A stretch of DNA of 64,000 nt from the human T2T-CHM13v2.0 reference genome, Homo sapiens. The notes beneath the pieces are model-generated. The model did not search any database and was not told the origin of the DNA. It saw nothing but the letters and a program-made list of their open reading frames with translations. Positions 40,428-61,535 of the stretch are shown piece after piece. Position 1 is the first letter of the stretch, and each line of letters begins with the position of its first letter. The stretch lies in NCBI RefSeq assembly GCF_009914755.1, contig NC_060929.1; one strand, written 5' to 3'. The position numbers and the translations under genes are program-made.

Positions 40428-40763
40428 TCAAAAAAAAAAAAAAAAAAAAAAATTTGAATTTTGTTTAAATCACTAACACATACTGGGCATTTAATAACAA
40501 AAAAAAGGACATGAGATTGTGATCCTTAGGAGGGTTTGAGAGGCATTTCACTAGGGTTCAACATAGAGCAGTCTGAAACATACTGTAATAATTTAATCCA
40601 ATGGCTCATCTACAGCACCTAAAAAGATTACAGCAGATTCTCATTATTCAGTGTAGTTACGGTCTAGAAAGTTCCATGAACAAATAAAAAGTTAGGTTTC
40701 AGCAAGCTACTGGTCACATTTTTGTAAGCTTACCAACACCTACTTTTGTTGTATGTGTGCTTA

Positions 40764-41066
<303 letters not shown>

Positions 41067-42201
41067 CTATCTCAAAAAAAATAATAATAATTAATTAAAT
41101 GAAGAATAAATAAATAATATACATTGTTCATTCATTAACATTGAACTCACAGCCAATGGCACTACAGCACTCACGCCTGAATGGAGTTTATTCAATGCAT
41201 GTATTTCCTCTGTAAGACACATCACAGACTTCTTGGACTTGTGAATGCTAAGCAGCACTTCAGCACTATGCTTGGGGGTTAATTTAAATGGCAAAACAAC
41301 CAACAAACAATACAAAAACAGGAAAAGCATGGCATTAAATAGACCACAAAAAGGATACCTGACTATTGTATGAGAGCTGAAAAAGAAGGCAGAATATCAT
41401 CCTGTTCAAACTCAAATTCTTTTGACACTCTGCGCAAACACATGACTATGAAAGGCTGTGAGTACTGATTTGGGGGTTACAAAAAATAGTAGGTGAGTTC
41501 ACAAATACAAAAGCTGAAAACAAGGAGGATAGACTGTATTTTCGTAGACAATCTAATCTCAGAAGATTTCAATTCAGACAAAAATCATGAGAATTACTGT
41601 ATTACAAAAGGGCACTAGATAGGGGAAAAAGAGTAAAAATCACAATTAAAACAAAGGTTCAAAATTCTGCAGCAACCATATCCAGTTACACTTTAATATG
41701 TTTGTGGCAGACTACATTATTGTTCCCAACTCATCACCCCTCCCTATATCTAAAACCTTTCCCCAAGACAATGCAGTTCCTCCTGCTAGAGATCAGGTAT
41801 ATTTATCTATACTATCAATGTTAGCCATGGACAAGGTATGTGCTTTGGCTGACTGAATGTTAGTGGACATGATAGAAGCAATGGCTTAAAATGTACTTCC
41901 AGAACTGGAGTTTCCTTGTGATTCTATCACTGTGACAAAAACACATTCTCAGGTAGTCCACTGATCCAAGGGGGAACAAACACACAGAAAACATACCTAG
42001 ACTCTATCTGCAGCTCGCAGCCTCACCAAGCCAGGAACAGTCAACTCACAGATATGTTAGCAAAAATAAATGTTTTTCGTACCTTAAGTTTTATATAATT
42101 ATTGACCTATAGTTAACTGATATACAATATACATTAATCTTAAAATATCATTATCCCATTAAAAATATTTACATTAAAAACTGAGACCACTTTCTTTCCT
42201 C

Positions 42202-42236
<35 letters not shown>

Positions 42237-42668
42237 AGACAGGGTGTCTCAATGTTGCCCAAGCTGGAGTTCAGTGGCTAGTGGCTATTCACAAGAACGA
42301 TCATCGCACACTACCTCAAACTCCTGGGATCAAGCAATCCTCCTGCCTCAGCTTTCCAAGTCGCTGGGACAATAAGTGTGTACCACAGCATGTCAGCTCT
42401 CTCTCTCCTTCTTGACCTAAAGCCTAGCATAAAATTAGCTAAGTAGAATGTTTCCAAAGATGCCTGCATCAGTATCTCCCATCCCACATAATTTCTGTTT
42501 GATTTTGCCATTCACCCATAAAATGGTGGGATCTACCTCCCCTCCTTGCAAATTTGAGCTGGCCCTCTGATCCTGTCTAAGATCTGAAGCCAGATATTAA
42601 GGTACTTCATTAATTTCCATGTTTGTCCTCTATGCAACCTAGCAATCAAGCCAGAAGTCAAAACATAC

Positions 42669-44782
42669 TGACATAGTTTGGATGGGTCCCCACCCAAATC
42701 TCACCTTGCATTGGAATAATTCCCACGTGTCAAGGGTGGGGCCAGGTGCAGATAACTGAATCATGGGGATGGTTCCCCCCATACTGTTCTCGTGGTAGTG
42801 ACTAAGTCTCATGAGATCTGATGGTTTTATAAATGGGAGCTCCCCTGCACATGCTCTCTCCTGCCTTGCCACTATGTGAGACATGCTTTTGCACCTCCTT
42901 GCCTTCCACCATGATTGTGAGGCCTCCCCAGCCATGCAGAACTGTGAGTCAATTCAACCTCTTTCCTTTATAAATTACCCAGTCTCAGGTATGTCTTTAT
43001 TTGCAGTGTGAGAACAGACTAATACAATAAGTTGATACCAGTAGAGTGGGCTGCTGCTGTAAAGATACCCGAAAATGTGGAAGCAACTTTGGAAATGGGT
43101 AACAGGGAGAGGCTGGAACAGTTTGGAAGGCTCAGAAGAGGATAGGAAAATGTGGGAAAGTTTGGAACTTCCTAGAGACTTGTTGAATGGCTTTGACCAA
43201 AATGTTAATAGTGATATGGACAATAAGGTCCAGGCGGAGGTGGTCTCAGAGGGAGATGAGGAATTTGTTGGGAAATGGAGTAAAGTCACTCTTACTATGC
43301 AAAGACACTGCAGGCACTGTGCACCTGTATTAGAAACGGGCATAAGATAGGCGGGAAAGAGTCAAAATAAGAATTTTTTTCTAGAGTTCCCTAGAGATCT
43401 GTGGAACTTTGAACTTGAGAGAGATGATTTAAGGTATCTGACAGAAGAAATTTCTAAGCAGCAAAGCATTCGAGAAGAAGCAGAGCATAAAAGTTCAGAA
43501 AATTTGTAGCCTGATGATGCAACAGAAAAGAAAAATCTATTTTCTCAGGAGACTGGGTTGTAGAAATTTGCATAAGTAATGAGGAGCCAAATGTTAATCA
43601 CCAAGACAATGGGGCAAATGTCTCCAGGGCATGTTAGAGACCCTCACAGCAGACCCTCCCATCACAGGCCAGGAGGCTTAGAAGGAAAAATGCTCTTGTG
43701 AGTCCGGAACCCCCTGCTGTGTGCAGCCTAGGAACCTGGTGCCCTGCATCCCAGCTGCTCCTGCCACAGGTAAAAGGGGCCAAGGTACACCTCAGGCCAT
43801 GGCTTCAGAGGGTGCAAGTTCCAAGCCTTTCAGGTTCTAGGTGGTGTTAAGCCTGCAGATGCACCGAAGAATTAACGTTCATGAACCTCCGCCTAGATTT
43901 CAGAAGATGTATGAAAATGCCTGGAAATCCAGGCAAAAGTTTGCTGTGCACGGGAGCGGGGGGCCCTCATGGATAACCTCTGCTAGGGCAGTGTCAAAGG
44001 GAAATATGGGGTTGGAGCCCCCACACAGAGTCCCCACTGGGGTACTGCCAAGCAGAGCTGTCACAAAGGGGCCACCATCCTCCAGACCCCAGAATGGTAG
44101 ATCCACTGACAGCTTGCACTGTGTGCCTGGAAAAGCTGCAGACACTCAATGCAGCCAGAAGGGGGGGCCGTACCCTGCAAAGCCACAGGGGCGGGGCTGC
44201 CCAAGACCCTGGGAACCCACTTCTTGCATCACCTAGATGTGACACATGGAGTCAAAGGAGGTCATTTTGGAGCTCTAAGATTTGCCTGCTGGGTTTTGGA
44301 CTTGCATGGGGCCTGTAGCTCTTTCGCTTTGGCCAATTTCTCCCATTTGAAACGAGTGTATTTACCCAATGCCTGTATCCCTGTGTATCTAGAAAATAAC
44401 TAACTTGCTTTTGGTTTTACAGGCTCACAGGTGGAAGGGACTTGCCTTGTCTCAGATGAGACTTTGGACTATGGAATTTTGAGTTAATGCTGAAATAAGA
44501 GTTTGGGGGACTTAGGGGAAGGCACGATTGCTTTTGAAATATGAGGACATGAGATTTGGGAGGGGCCGGGGAAGAATTATATGGTTTGGCTCTGTCCCCA
44601 CCCAAATCTCATCTTGAATTGTAACAATTCCCATGTGTCAAGGGTGGGGCCAGGTGGAGATAACTGAATCATGGAGGCAGTTTCCCCCATGCTGTTCTCA
44701 TGGTAGTGAATAAGTCTCATGAGGTCTGATGGTTTTATAAATGGATGTTCCCCTGCACATGCTCTCTCCTGCCCACCATGTC
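42669..44782 (+). mobile_element. THE1 element with truncated 3' LTR (copy 3)
   Basis: Near-identical to 1777-3890. Confidence 0.92.
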
Positions 44783-45872
44783 TGACTAAATTTTGTATTT
44801 TTACTAGAGACGGGGTTTCACTATGTTGGCCAGGCTGGCCTCCAACTCCTGATCTCGTGATCCGTCCACCCTGACCTCCCAAAGTGCTAGGATTATAGGC
44901 ATAAGCCACCACACCCGGCCTCTTTTTTTTCTTTTTCTTTTTTTTATCTGGAGACTGAGTTTTGCACTCGTTGCCCAGGCTGGAGTGCAATGGTGCGATC
45001 TCAGCTCACTGCAGTCTCCACCTCAGCAGGAGAGCAGGAATCTTCAGTGATCCACGGGCAGATCTGCAGCCATTGTGGGCACCTGTTCCTCCCGCGACCT
45101 TTGTGCCCACGTCTCTCCCTCCAGTACCTATTGCACGACCCCCCACGTCCGCCTCCTGCCATTGCCAGCAAGTGCCTTGCGCGGGTACCTGGCTGCGCTT
45201 ATTAATCCATTATGGTCGCTCTGTCACTGGTGCCATTATGTGCTCACGTGCCCACTCCCTCAGGTTTAGAAGTCGCGTCGCCCGGCAACAGAACAATCTG
45301 CTGGCTTAGCCTTTGGCCAAGTTGGCAGCTGGACGAGGACGCTCAGAGCCCAGCTCTCGAGAGTTCAAGTATCCGACAGTTCCCCACTGCTCCCAGGAGC
45401 GGTTACCCGGGCACTCTGTGCCCCTCATTCCTGTTTGGGCCAAGGCCGAGGACCTGCGAGTAGGGCTCAGTTGCCTGGAGCCCCTTCAGCCCATCGCCCA
45501 GTTCACTTTGCTTGTGGGATCTCCCCGTTGCTCCTGCCCCTGGACTGAGTGGCAGGCCATCCTACAAACACCCGGACACTCGACATCAGTGGTGTCAAGA
45601 CAACTCTAAGAAGGTTTTCCGTGATCCTGCAAGACCTGTGTTCCATCCTGGTGATTCTCTCTTCAATTTCACTGCACAGGTACCACAGTAAGCCAGTGCT
45701 GTGTGCTCCGAATTCCAGGGCATCCCCCAGCTCAGCCACTACACTCAGCACAAGGACTCTGTGGGGCCCAGGAGCAGGTAGTCACCCCTTTGGGCTCCTC
45801 AACACCCGGCTGTCCCCAGACTTGTGTCCAGGGAAGATAGTGTTGAGGGCCCTCAAGGAGAGCAGGGCAGGG

Positions 45873-48800
45873 ATGCCTGAGCAGGACAAGGACCCCAGAG
45901 TCCAAGAAAATCCTGATGATCACAGAACGGTCCCCGAGGTCACCGGGGATGCACGGTCTGCATTTTGGCCCCTGCGGGACAATGGAGGCCTCTCTCCCTT
46001 TGTGCCCAGGCCCGGGCCTCTGCAGACAGACCTCCATGCCCAGAGCTCAGAAATCAGATATAACCAGACATCCCAGACATCCTGGACGAGCTCGAGCACC
46101 AAACGAAATGCTATCTCCAGCTCCTACAGCTCCACGGGAGGCTTGCCGGGGCTAAAGCAGAGGAGGGGACCAGCCTCATCCCGCTGCCAGCTGACCCTCA
46201 GTTACTCAAAGACAGTGAGTGAGGACAGGCCTCAGGCTGTCTCTTCGGGTCACACACGGTGTGAAAAGGCGGCAGATACAGCACCAGGGCAGACACTCGC
46301 CCCCAGGGGTGGCTCCCCCAGATCCCAGGCCTCTAGGCCCCGTAGACGCAAGATTCCCCTGCTGCCAAGCAGGCGAGGGGAGCCTTTGATGATGCCACCT
46401 CCCTTAGAGCTGGGGTACCGGGTCACGGCTGAAGACCTGCACCTGGAAAAACAGGCGGCATTCCAGCGCATCAACAGTGCACTGCACGTTGAGGACAAGG
46501 CCATCTCGGACTGCAGACCCTCACGGGCTTCCCACACTTTGTCCTCACTTGCAACAGGGGCTTCGGGTGGGCCTCCCGTTTCTAAAGCACCCACTATGGA
46601 TGCACAGCAGGACAGACCCAAGTCCCAAGACTGCCTGGGCCTAGTGGCCCCCCTAGCATCTGCTGCAGAGGTCTCCTCTACAGCTCCCGTGTCTGGGAAG
46701 AAGCAGAGACCACCAGGACCCCTGTTCTCCTCCTCAGATCCCCTTCCTGCCACCTCTTCCCACTCCCGGGACTCAGCCCAGGTCACCTCGATGATTCCTG
46801 CCCCCTTCACAGCTGCAAGCAGGGATGCCGGCATGAGAAGAACAAGGTCGGCCCCTGCAGCTGCCGCAGCAGCCCCTCCCCCCTCCACATTGAACCCCAC
46901 GTCGGGGTCACTACTCAATGCAGTGGATGGAGGCCCCTCACATTTCTTGGCCTCAGCCACAGCTGCAGCACGTGCCCAGAGGTCAGAAGTGAGATACAAC
47001 CAGAGATCCCAGATCTCCCGGACCAGATCCTGCCTCAAACGAAATGCCAGCTCCAGCTCCCACAGCTCTACGGAAGGCCTCCCGGAACTAAAGCGGAGGA
47101 GGGGGCCAGCCTCATCCCACTGCCAGCTGGCCCACAGTTCCTCAAAGACAGTGAGTGAGGACGGACCTCAGGCTGTCTCTTCGGGTCACACCCGCTGTGA
47201 AAAGAGGGCAGATACAGCACCAGGGCAGACACTCGCCCCCAGGGGTGGCTCCCCCAGATCCCAGGCCTCTAGGCCCCACATCAACAGTGCACTGCACGTT
47301 GAGGACAAGGCCATCTCGGACTGCCGACCCTCGCGGCCTTCCCACACTTTGTCCTCACTTGCAACAGGGGCTTCGCGTGGGCCTCCCGTTTCTAAAGCAC
47401 CCACTATGGATGCACAGCAGGACAGACCCAAGTCCCAAGACTGCCTGGGCCTACTGGCCCCCCTAGCATCTGCTGCAGAGCTCCCCTCTACAGCTCCCGT
47501 GTCTGGGAAGAAACACAGACCACCAGGACCCCTGTTCTCCTCCTCAGATCCCCTTCCTGCCACCTCTTCCCACTCCCGGGACTCAGCCCAGGTCACCTCG
47601 ATGATTCCTGCCCCCTTCACAGCTGCAAGCAGGGATGCCGGCATGAGAAGAACAAGGTCGGCTCCTGCAGCTGCCGCAGCAGCCCCTCCCCCCTCCACAT
47701 TGAACCCCACGTCGGGGTCACTACTCAATGCAGTGGATGGAGGCCCCTCACATTTCTTGGCCTCAGCCACAGCTGCAGCACGTGCCCGGAGGTCACAAGT
47801 GAGATATAACCAGAGATCCCAGACCTCCCGAACCAGATACTGCCTCAAACGAAATGCCAGCTCCAGCTCCCACAGCTCTACGGAAGGCCTCCAGGAACAA
47901 AAGCGGAGGAGGGGGCCAGCCTCATCACACTGCCAGCTGGCCCTCAGTTCCTCAAACACAGTGAGTGAGGACGGACCTCAGGCTGTCTCTTCGCGTCACA
48001 CCCGCTGTGAAAAGGCAGATACAGCACCAGGGCAGACACTCGCCCCCAGGGGTGGCTCCCCCAGATCCCAGGCCTCTAGGCCCCGCATCAACAGTGCACT
48101 GCACGTTGAGGACAAGGCCACCTCGGACTGCAGACCCTCACGGCCTTCCCACACTTTGTCCTCACTTGCAACAGGGGCTTCGGGTGGGCCTCCCGTTTCT
48201 AAAGCACCCACTATGGATGCACAGCCGGACAAACTCAAGTCCCAAGACTGCCTGGGCCTAGTGGCCGCCCTAGCATCTGCTACAGAGGTCTCCTCTACAG
48301 CTCCCATGTCTGGGAAGAAGCACAGACCACCAGGACCCCTGTTCTCCTCCTCAGATCCCCTTCCTGCCACCTCTTCCCACTCCCAGGACTCAGCCCAGGT
48401 CACCTCGATGATTCCTGCCCCCTTCACAGCTGCAAGCAGGGATGCCAGCATGAGAAGAACAAGGCCTGGCACCTCGGCTCCTGCAGCTGCCGCAGCAGCC
48501 CCTCCCCCCTCCACATTGAACCCCACGTCGGGGTCACTACTCAATGCAGTGGATGAAGGCCCCTCACATTTCTTGGCCTCAGCCACAGCTGCAGCACGTG
48601 CCCGGAGGTCACAAGTGAGATATAACCAGAGATCCCAGACCTCCCGGACCAGATCCTGCCTCAAACGAAATGCCAGCTCCAGCTCCCACAGCTCTACGGA
48701 AGGCCTCCAGGAACTAAAGCGGAGGAGGGGGCCAGCCTCATCCCACTGCCAGCTGGCCCTCAGTTCCTCAAACACAGTGAGTGAGGACGGACCTCAGGCT

Positions 48801-49370
48801 GTCTCTTCGCGTGACACCCGCTGTGAAAAGGCAGATACAGCACCAGGGCAGACACTCGCCCCCAGGGGTGGCTCCCCCAGATCCCAGGCCTCTAGGCCCC
48901 GCATCAACAGTGCACTGCACGTTGAGGACAAGGCCATCTCGGACTGCAGACCCTCACGGCCTTCCCACACTTTGTCCTCACTTGCAACAGGGGCTTCGGG
49001 TGGGCCTCCCGTTTCTAAAGCACCCACTATGGATGCACAGCAGGACAGACCCAAGTCCCAAGACTGCCTGGGCCTAGTGGCCCCCCTAGCATCTGCTGCA
49101 GAGGTCTCCTCTACAGCTCCCGTGTCTGGGAAGAAGCACAGACCACCAGGACCCCTGTTCTCCTCCTCAGATCCCCTTCCGGCCACCTCTTCCCACTCCG
49201 GGGACTCAGCCCAGGACACCTCGCTGATTCCTGCCCCCTTCACACCTGCAAGCAGGGATGCCGGCGTGAGAAGAATGTTTTGTGTTCGAAATTGTTTGAG
49301 GGGTTTGGGTTTATTTTTGTTGGTTTTTTCTCTTTTTTTTTTGCTTACATGGGCATCCTTCAGCTTTTAA
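45873..49370 (+). CDS. POM121-like protein 1-like ORF, 1165 aa (copy 3); frame is open from 45549
   Basis: Differs from copy 2 by P>A (46527) and L>Q (47899). Confidence 0.75.
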   Translation: MPEQDKDPRVQENPDDHRTVPEVTGDARSAFWPLRDNGGLSPFVPRPGPLQTDLHAQSSEIRYNQTSQTSWTSSSTKRNAISSSYSSTGGLPGLKQRRGPASSRCQLTLSYSKTVSEDRPQAVSSGHTRCEKAADTAPGQTLAPRGGSPRSQASRPRRRKIPLLPSRRGEPLMMPPPLELGYRVTAEDLHLEKQAAFQRINSALHVEDKAISDCRPSRASHTLSSLATGASGGPPVSKAPTMDAQQDRPKSQDCLGLVAPLASAAEVSSTAPVSGKKQRPPGPLFSSSDPLPATSSHSRDSAQVTSMIPAPFTAASRDAGMRRTRSAPAAAAAAPPPSTLNPTSGSLLNAVDGGPSHFLASATAAARAQRSEVRYNQRSQISRTRSCLKRNASSSSHSSTEGLPELKRRRGPASSHCQLAHSSSKTVSEDGPQAVSSGHTRCEKRADTAPGQTLAPRGGSPRSQASRPHINSALHVEDKAISDCRPSRPSHTLSSLATGASRGPPVSKAPTMDAQQDRPKSQDCLGLLAPLASAAELPSTAPVSGKKHRPPGPLFSSSDPLPATSSHSRDSAQVTSMIPAPFTAASRDAGMRRTRSAPAAAAAAPPPSTLNPTSGSLLNAVDGGPSHFLASATAAARARRSQVRYNQRSQTSRTRYCLKRNASSSSHSSTEGLQEQKRRRGPASSHCQLALSSSNTVSEDGPQAVSSRHTRCEKADTAPGQTLAPRGGSPRSQASRPRINSALHVEDKATSDCRPSRPSHTLSSLATGASGGPPVSKAPTMDAQPDKLKSQDCLGLVAALASATEVSSTAPMSGKKHRPPGPLFSSSDPLPATSSHSQDSAQVTSMIPAPFTAASRDASMRRTRPGTSAPAAAAAAPPPSTLNPTSGSLLNAVDEGPSHFLASATAAARARRSQVRYNQRSQTSRTRSCLKRNASSSSHSSTEGLQELKRRRGPASSHCQLALSSSNTVSEDGPQAVSSRDTRCEKADTAPGQTLAPRGGSPRSQASRPRINSALHVEDKAISDCRPSRPSHTLSSLATGASGGPPVSKAPTMDAQQDRPKSQDCLGLVAPLASAAEVSSTAPVSGKKHRPPGPLFSSSDPLPATSSHSGDSAQDTSLIPAPFTPASRDAGVRRMFCVRNCLRGLGLFLLVFSLFFLLTWASFSF

Positions 49371-51437
49371 TAATCTGAAAAACTCTATTTACCCATTGTC
49401 AATGTGTATAAATTAATCTGAGTCAATTTTATACAATAAAAGGTGAACTTTTATGCATGAAACAATAATTTAACAAGAAATGTACCTGAAGAAGAATGTT
49501 CATTACAAATATAGGAAACATAAATATTACCAAATATTGGCAAGCACTAAAATGTTCAGAAATATAAGTCTATTACAGTTATAGCTCTCTCAAGCAAAAA
49601 AACAGCAGAGAAAAACTTAGTTTACCTTAGGGGCTATTTATTTACTTAGGGATTTGTTAAAAGGTCGAATGGGGTCACACAGAATACTAAGAAGAGCTGT
49701 TCACCCAGGCCTCACTAAGAACTCTTCTTCATTCAGTAGCTGTATAGTAACATGACAACTGCTCCTACGACCCAAAGAGGAACTACAGCAACTACTCTTT
49801 AGCATCTGTTGCTCCCAACTCTGCTTTGCAATTATATGACTCAAGCATTCTGGCTCCGTTAACTATTACTGCTGTTACTCCCAATTAAATTCCCTCTAAA
49901 AAATAAAAATTTTTAAAGCTCTAATTTAAGCTCTCTGCTGCCTCATGACTTCAATTCCATCAGAGTTATGCATTGTTTCCTCTGTACATCTTTGCTCTGC
50001 TTCCATTGCTAATTCCCTAGTAAAGTGTTGTATATTCAAAGTTCCAAAGAAACAGAATATCCAAGACATCACCAATCATCCAAAACACAGTGTAGGAGGC
50101 CACAGTTAAGAGAAGCAAGACCATTAGCTCTTTTTATAGGCTCGAGAACAACAGGATGCTTTGGTCCTGTATCAGCAGGACGCTTTTCGGGTAGATCCTA
50201 CTGCCACCCTAGCTATGGGCACATGTCAGAGTCCCATGTAATAAAGGAGACAAAAGGAAACCACCACGAGTATAAACTAAGAAAAGTACTCCAAGGTTTC
50301 TAAGAATGGAGCTGTATAACTCACTTTGCCCCATTTGTTACTTCTCCACGGTACTTACCACCACCTATTACATATATTTTGTTTATAGTCAGTCTTCCCT
50401 CATTACAATGAAAGTTCCGTGAGGATAGGAATATACAGTCAGCCCTCAGTATCCATGGAGGACTAGTTTCAGGATCTCCTGAGGATAACAAAGGATACTC
50501 AAGTCCCTGATATAAAATGACATAGTATTTGCACATCACCTTTGCACATCCTCCCATATACTTCATATCAACTCTAGATCACTCATAATATCCGATGTAA
50601 ATGTCATGCAAATAGTTATTGTACTATATTGTGTAAGGAATAAGGACAAGAAAAAAGTCTGTACACGTTCAGTACAGACGCAATTTTTTTTTCCAATATT
50701 TCCAATCTTTGGTTGGCTTAACAGATGTAGAACCCAGGAATAAGTTCTGGTGTCCTATTGCATAGTAGGATGAGTATAGTTAACAATAACATATTATGTA
50801 TTTGAAAATAGCCAGAAGAGTAGATTTTGAATTTTCTCCCTACAGAAAAATCATTATGCAAATTACCCTGATTTGATCATTACACATTGAGTACATGTAT
50901 TAAAACATCACATTGTACCCCATATATATGTACAATTATTATGTGTCCATAAAAATTTAATGTCAATATGTGAAATAAAATGAAAAAATAAAAATTTTTA
51001 AAGCTGTAATTATCTCCATCTGGTAGGAATATATATAATCTGAAATAAAAAATATATTTGTAATTGTTAGGACAAAATAGATTATACATTAAGTCTGCAA
51101 ATTATAAATTATAAAATTCTCACAGAAACTGAAAAATTATTGATACTGTTAAATATTTAAAAAGCTGTCCTTGGAGAGAAAGAAACCTATCAGATTTACA
51201 TCAACAAGTGTAATATATCAGCCTATTACCATCTGCTACAGACTGCATGATTGTGTTCCCTCAAAATTCATATGATAGGCCGGGCGCGGTGGCTCATGCC
51301 TGTAATCCCAGCACTTTGGGAGGCCGAGGTGGGTGGATCACGAGGTCAGGAGATGGAGATCATCCTGGCTAACATGGTAAAACCCCGTCTCTACTAAAAA
51401 TACAAAAAATTAGCCGGGCGCAGTGGCGGGCGCCTTA

Positions 51438-51641
<204 letters not shown>

Positions 51642-51826
51642 TTAGGAGAGAATTAGGTTTAGATGAGGTCATGAGAATAGAGCCCCTATGGTGGCATTAC
51701 TTCCTTTATAAGAAGAGACACTAGAGCTGCTTTTCTCCCTACCATGTGAGGATACTGAGAGAAGATGGCCATTTCCAATCTAGGAAGCAGGCCCTCTTTA
51801 AGAAACGTAATTTGCCAACACTTTGA

Positions 51827-52231
<405 letters not shown>

Positions 52232-52393
52232 TAAGATACCATCCTATAAGCTACAGACCAGCACTATCCAATAGAACTTTATATGACGAGGAAATGTTTT
52301 ATATCTGTGCTATCCCTTATGTTAGCCACTAGCCACATGTATCCATCAAGTATTTGAAATATGGCTAGTGCAACTAAAGAACTTAATTTTTAA

Positions 52394-52519
<126 letters not shown>

Positions 52520-53142
52520 TGAGTAGCTGGGACTGCAGGCGCCCGCCACCACGCCCGGCTAATTTTTTGTATTTTTAATAGAGATGGGGGTTCACCGTCT
52601 TAGTAAGGATGGTCTCGATCTCCTGACCTAATGATCTGCCCGCCTCGGCCTCCCAAAGTGCTGGGATTACAGGCGTGAGCCACCACGCCTGGCCAATTTT
52701 TATTTTATCTTATTTAAATAACCACATGTGGCTAGTGGCTAATGTATTGAACACTACAGCTGTAGACAATATGAAATAAATATAAAGCAGTCTCAACTTT
52801 GGAAAAACAGAAGACTCTTACTGCCTCATAATATAGATGAAAAATGAAATACTAAGTTAAGTAAAATGTTCTTTAAAGAACAAAAACAAAAGAAAACCTA
52901 ATGAAAGCTATAAAAGTCCATTGGATAATAATGCTACCAGTACTAAGGAAGTACAGCCCCTAAAAGTGACTTGCAGTCACAAATATAAAAATGACTATTC
53001 AAGTGAACTCCTAAGGTAAAAATTTCTTATTCACCATGCTCCAAAATGGTCTGTAATATTCTTCAGAGATGGCATGGTGGGGGAGGCAAGTGGCATCTCT
53101 GCCCAGAGAGAATACACAAGCAGAAAGTTCAACACAGCTTAC

Positions 53143-59050
<5,908 letters not shown>

Positions 59051-60604
59051 CTGCAGGAGGCAAGAGAGACCAGGGCTTAGGGAGGGACATGACCTGGGTC
59101 ACACGAACAGGAATGCCCCACAATGACCACTCCCAGGCACTCTCATTTGCTTCTGTTGCTTTTTTTTTTTTTTTTTTTTTGAGATAGAATCTCGCTCTGT
59201 CACCCAGGCTGGAGTGCAGTGGCATGATCTGGACTCACTGAAACCTCTGCCTCCCAGGTTCAAGTGATTCTCCTGCCTCAGCCTCTGGAATAGCTGGGAT
59301 TACAGGCACCTGCCACCACATCCAGCTAATTTTTGTATTGTTAGTAGAGACCGGGTTTCACCACATTAGCCAGGATGGTCTTGATCTCCTGACCTCGTGA
59401 TCCGCCTGCCTCGGCCTCCCAAAGTGCTGGGATTACAGGCTTGAGCCACCGTGCCCGGCCCTGAACCAATGCGCCCGGCCCGCTTTTTTTTAATTTAATT
59501 TTTTAATTTTTTTTTTTTTTTTTTTTTTTTTGAGATGGAGTCTCACTCTGTCACCCAGGCTGGAGTGTAGTGCTGCGATCCTGACTCACTGCAACCTCCA
59601 CCTCTGGAGTTCAGGTGATTCTCCTGCCTCAGCCTTCCGAGTACCTGGGAATACAGGAATGCACCACCATGCCCGGCGAATTTTTGTATTTTTAGTAGAG
59701 ACGGAGTTTTGCCATGTTGGCCAGGCTGGTCTCGAACTCCTGATCTCAGGTGACCCACCCGCCTCAGTCTCCCAATAGATTAGATATATTATTAACGAAT
59801 TGCTTCCTTTAACACGCTATTCATTGAATTTTCCAGTAAACCACAATTACTAATTACTCCTGAAATCAGAAAAGAGGTTAAAAAGATTTTATAACAGTAT
59901 CTTATGAAATCTACTACTTTCAAGTAATAGTAGTTGAATTACCAAAACCCGTCACTCAAGCCAATGACTACAATTAAGATATCAGTAATATTTCCTAGAT
60001 AAATAAAGTCAATTAATTATATTTGCATCTGGGAAATAGAGAAAGTACATATAAGCCATGATTTTGAAGTCAAAAGAGAGAGAATATTTGGCAAGGAGGG
60101 GTGAGTTATAGTATGTAATTATAACATATAGTAGTTTTTTGTATGCTGGTAACTAATTTTAATTTCCTACATTTTTATGTAGATTTCTGCTATTCTTGTG
60201 CTGTTTTCCTAATCACCTTTCTATATGGATGACTACATAAGTCTGAGAATACCAAAAGAGACAGACACAGAACCAATCGGATTCCTTTCTTCTTGAAGCT
60301 TCTGCACAGCAGAAGAAACTGTCAACAGAGTGAACAGACAACCTACAGAATAGGAGAAAACTGTTGCAACAATGCATGTGACAAAGATCTAATGTCCAAC
60401 ACTGATAATGAACTTAAACAAATTTACAAGAAAAAAAAATCTCATTAGAAAGTGGGCAAAGGACATAAACAGACACTTCAAAAGAAGACACACATGCGGC
60501 CAACAAGCATATGAAAAAAAGCCCAATATCGCTGATCATTAGAGAAATGCAAATCAAAACCACAATGGCATACCATCTCACACCAGTCAGAATGGTTATT
60601 ATTA

Positions 60605-60895
<291 letters not shown>

Positions 60896-61231
60896 TCAAA
60901 AAAAAAAAAAAAAAAAAAAATTTGAATTTTGTTTAAATCACTAACACATACTGGGCATTTAATAACAAAAAAAAGGACATGAGATTGTGATCCTTAGGAG
61001 GGTTTGAGAGGCATTTCACTAGGGTTCAACATAGAGCAGTCTGAAACATACTGTAATAATTTAATCCAATGGCTCATCTACAGCACCTAAAAAGATTACA
61101 GCAGATTCTCATTATTCAGTGTAGTTACGGTCTAGAAAGTTCCATGAACAAATAAAAAGTTAGGTTTCAGCAAGCTACTGGTCACATTTTTGTAAGCTTA
61201 CCAACACCTACTTTTGTTGTATGTGTGCTTA

Positions 61232-61535
<304 letters not shown>
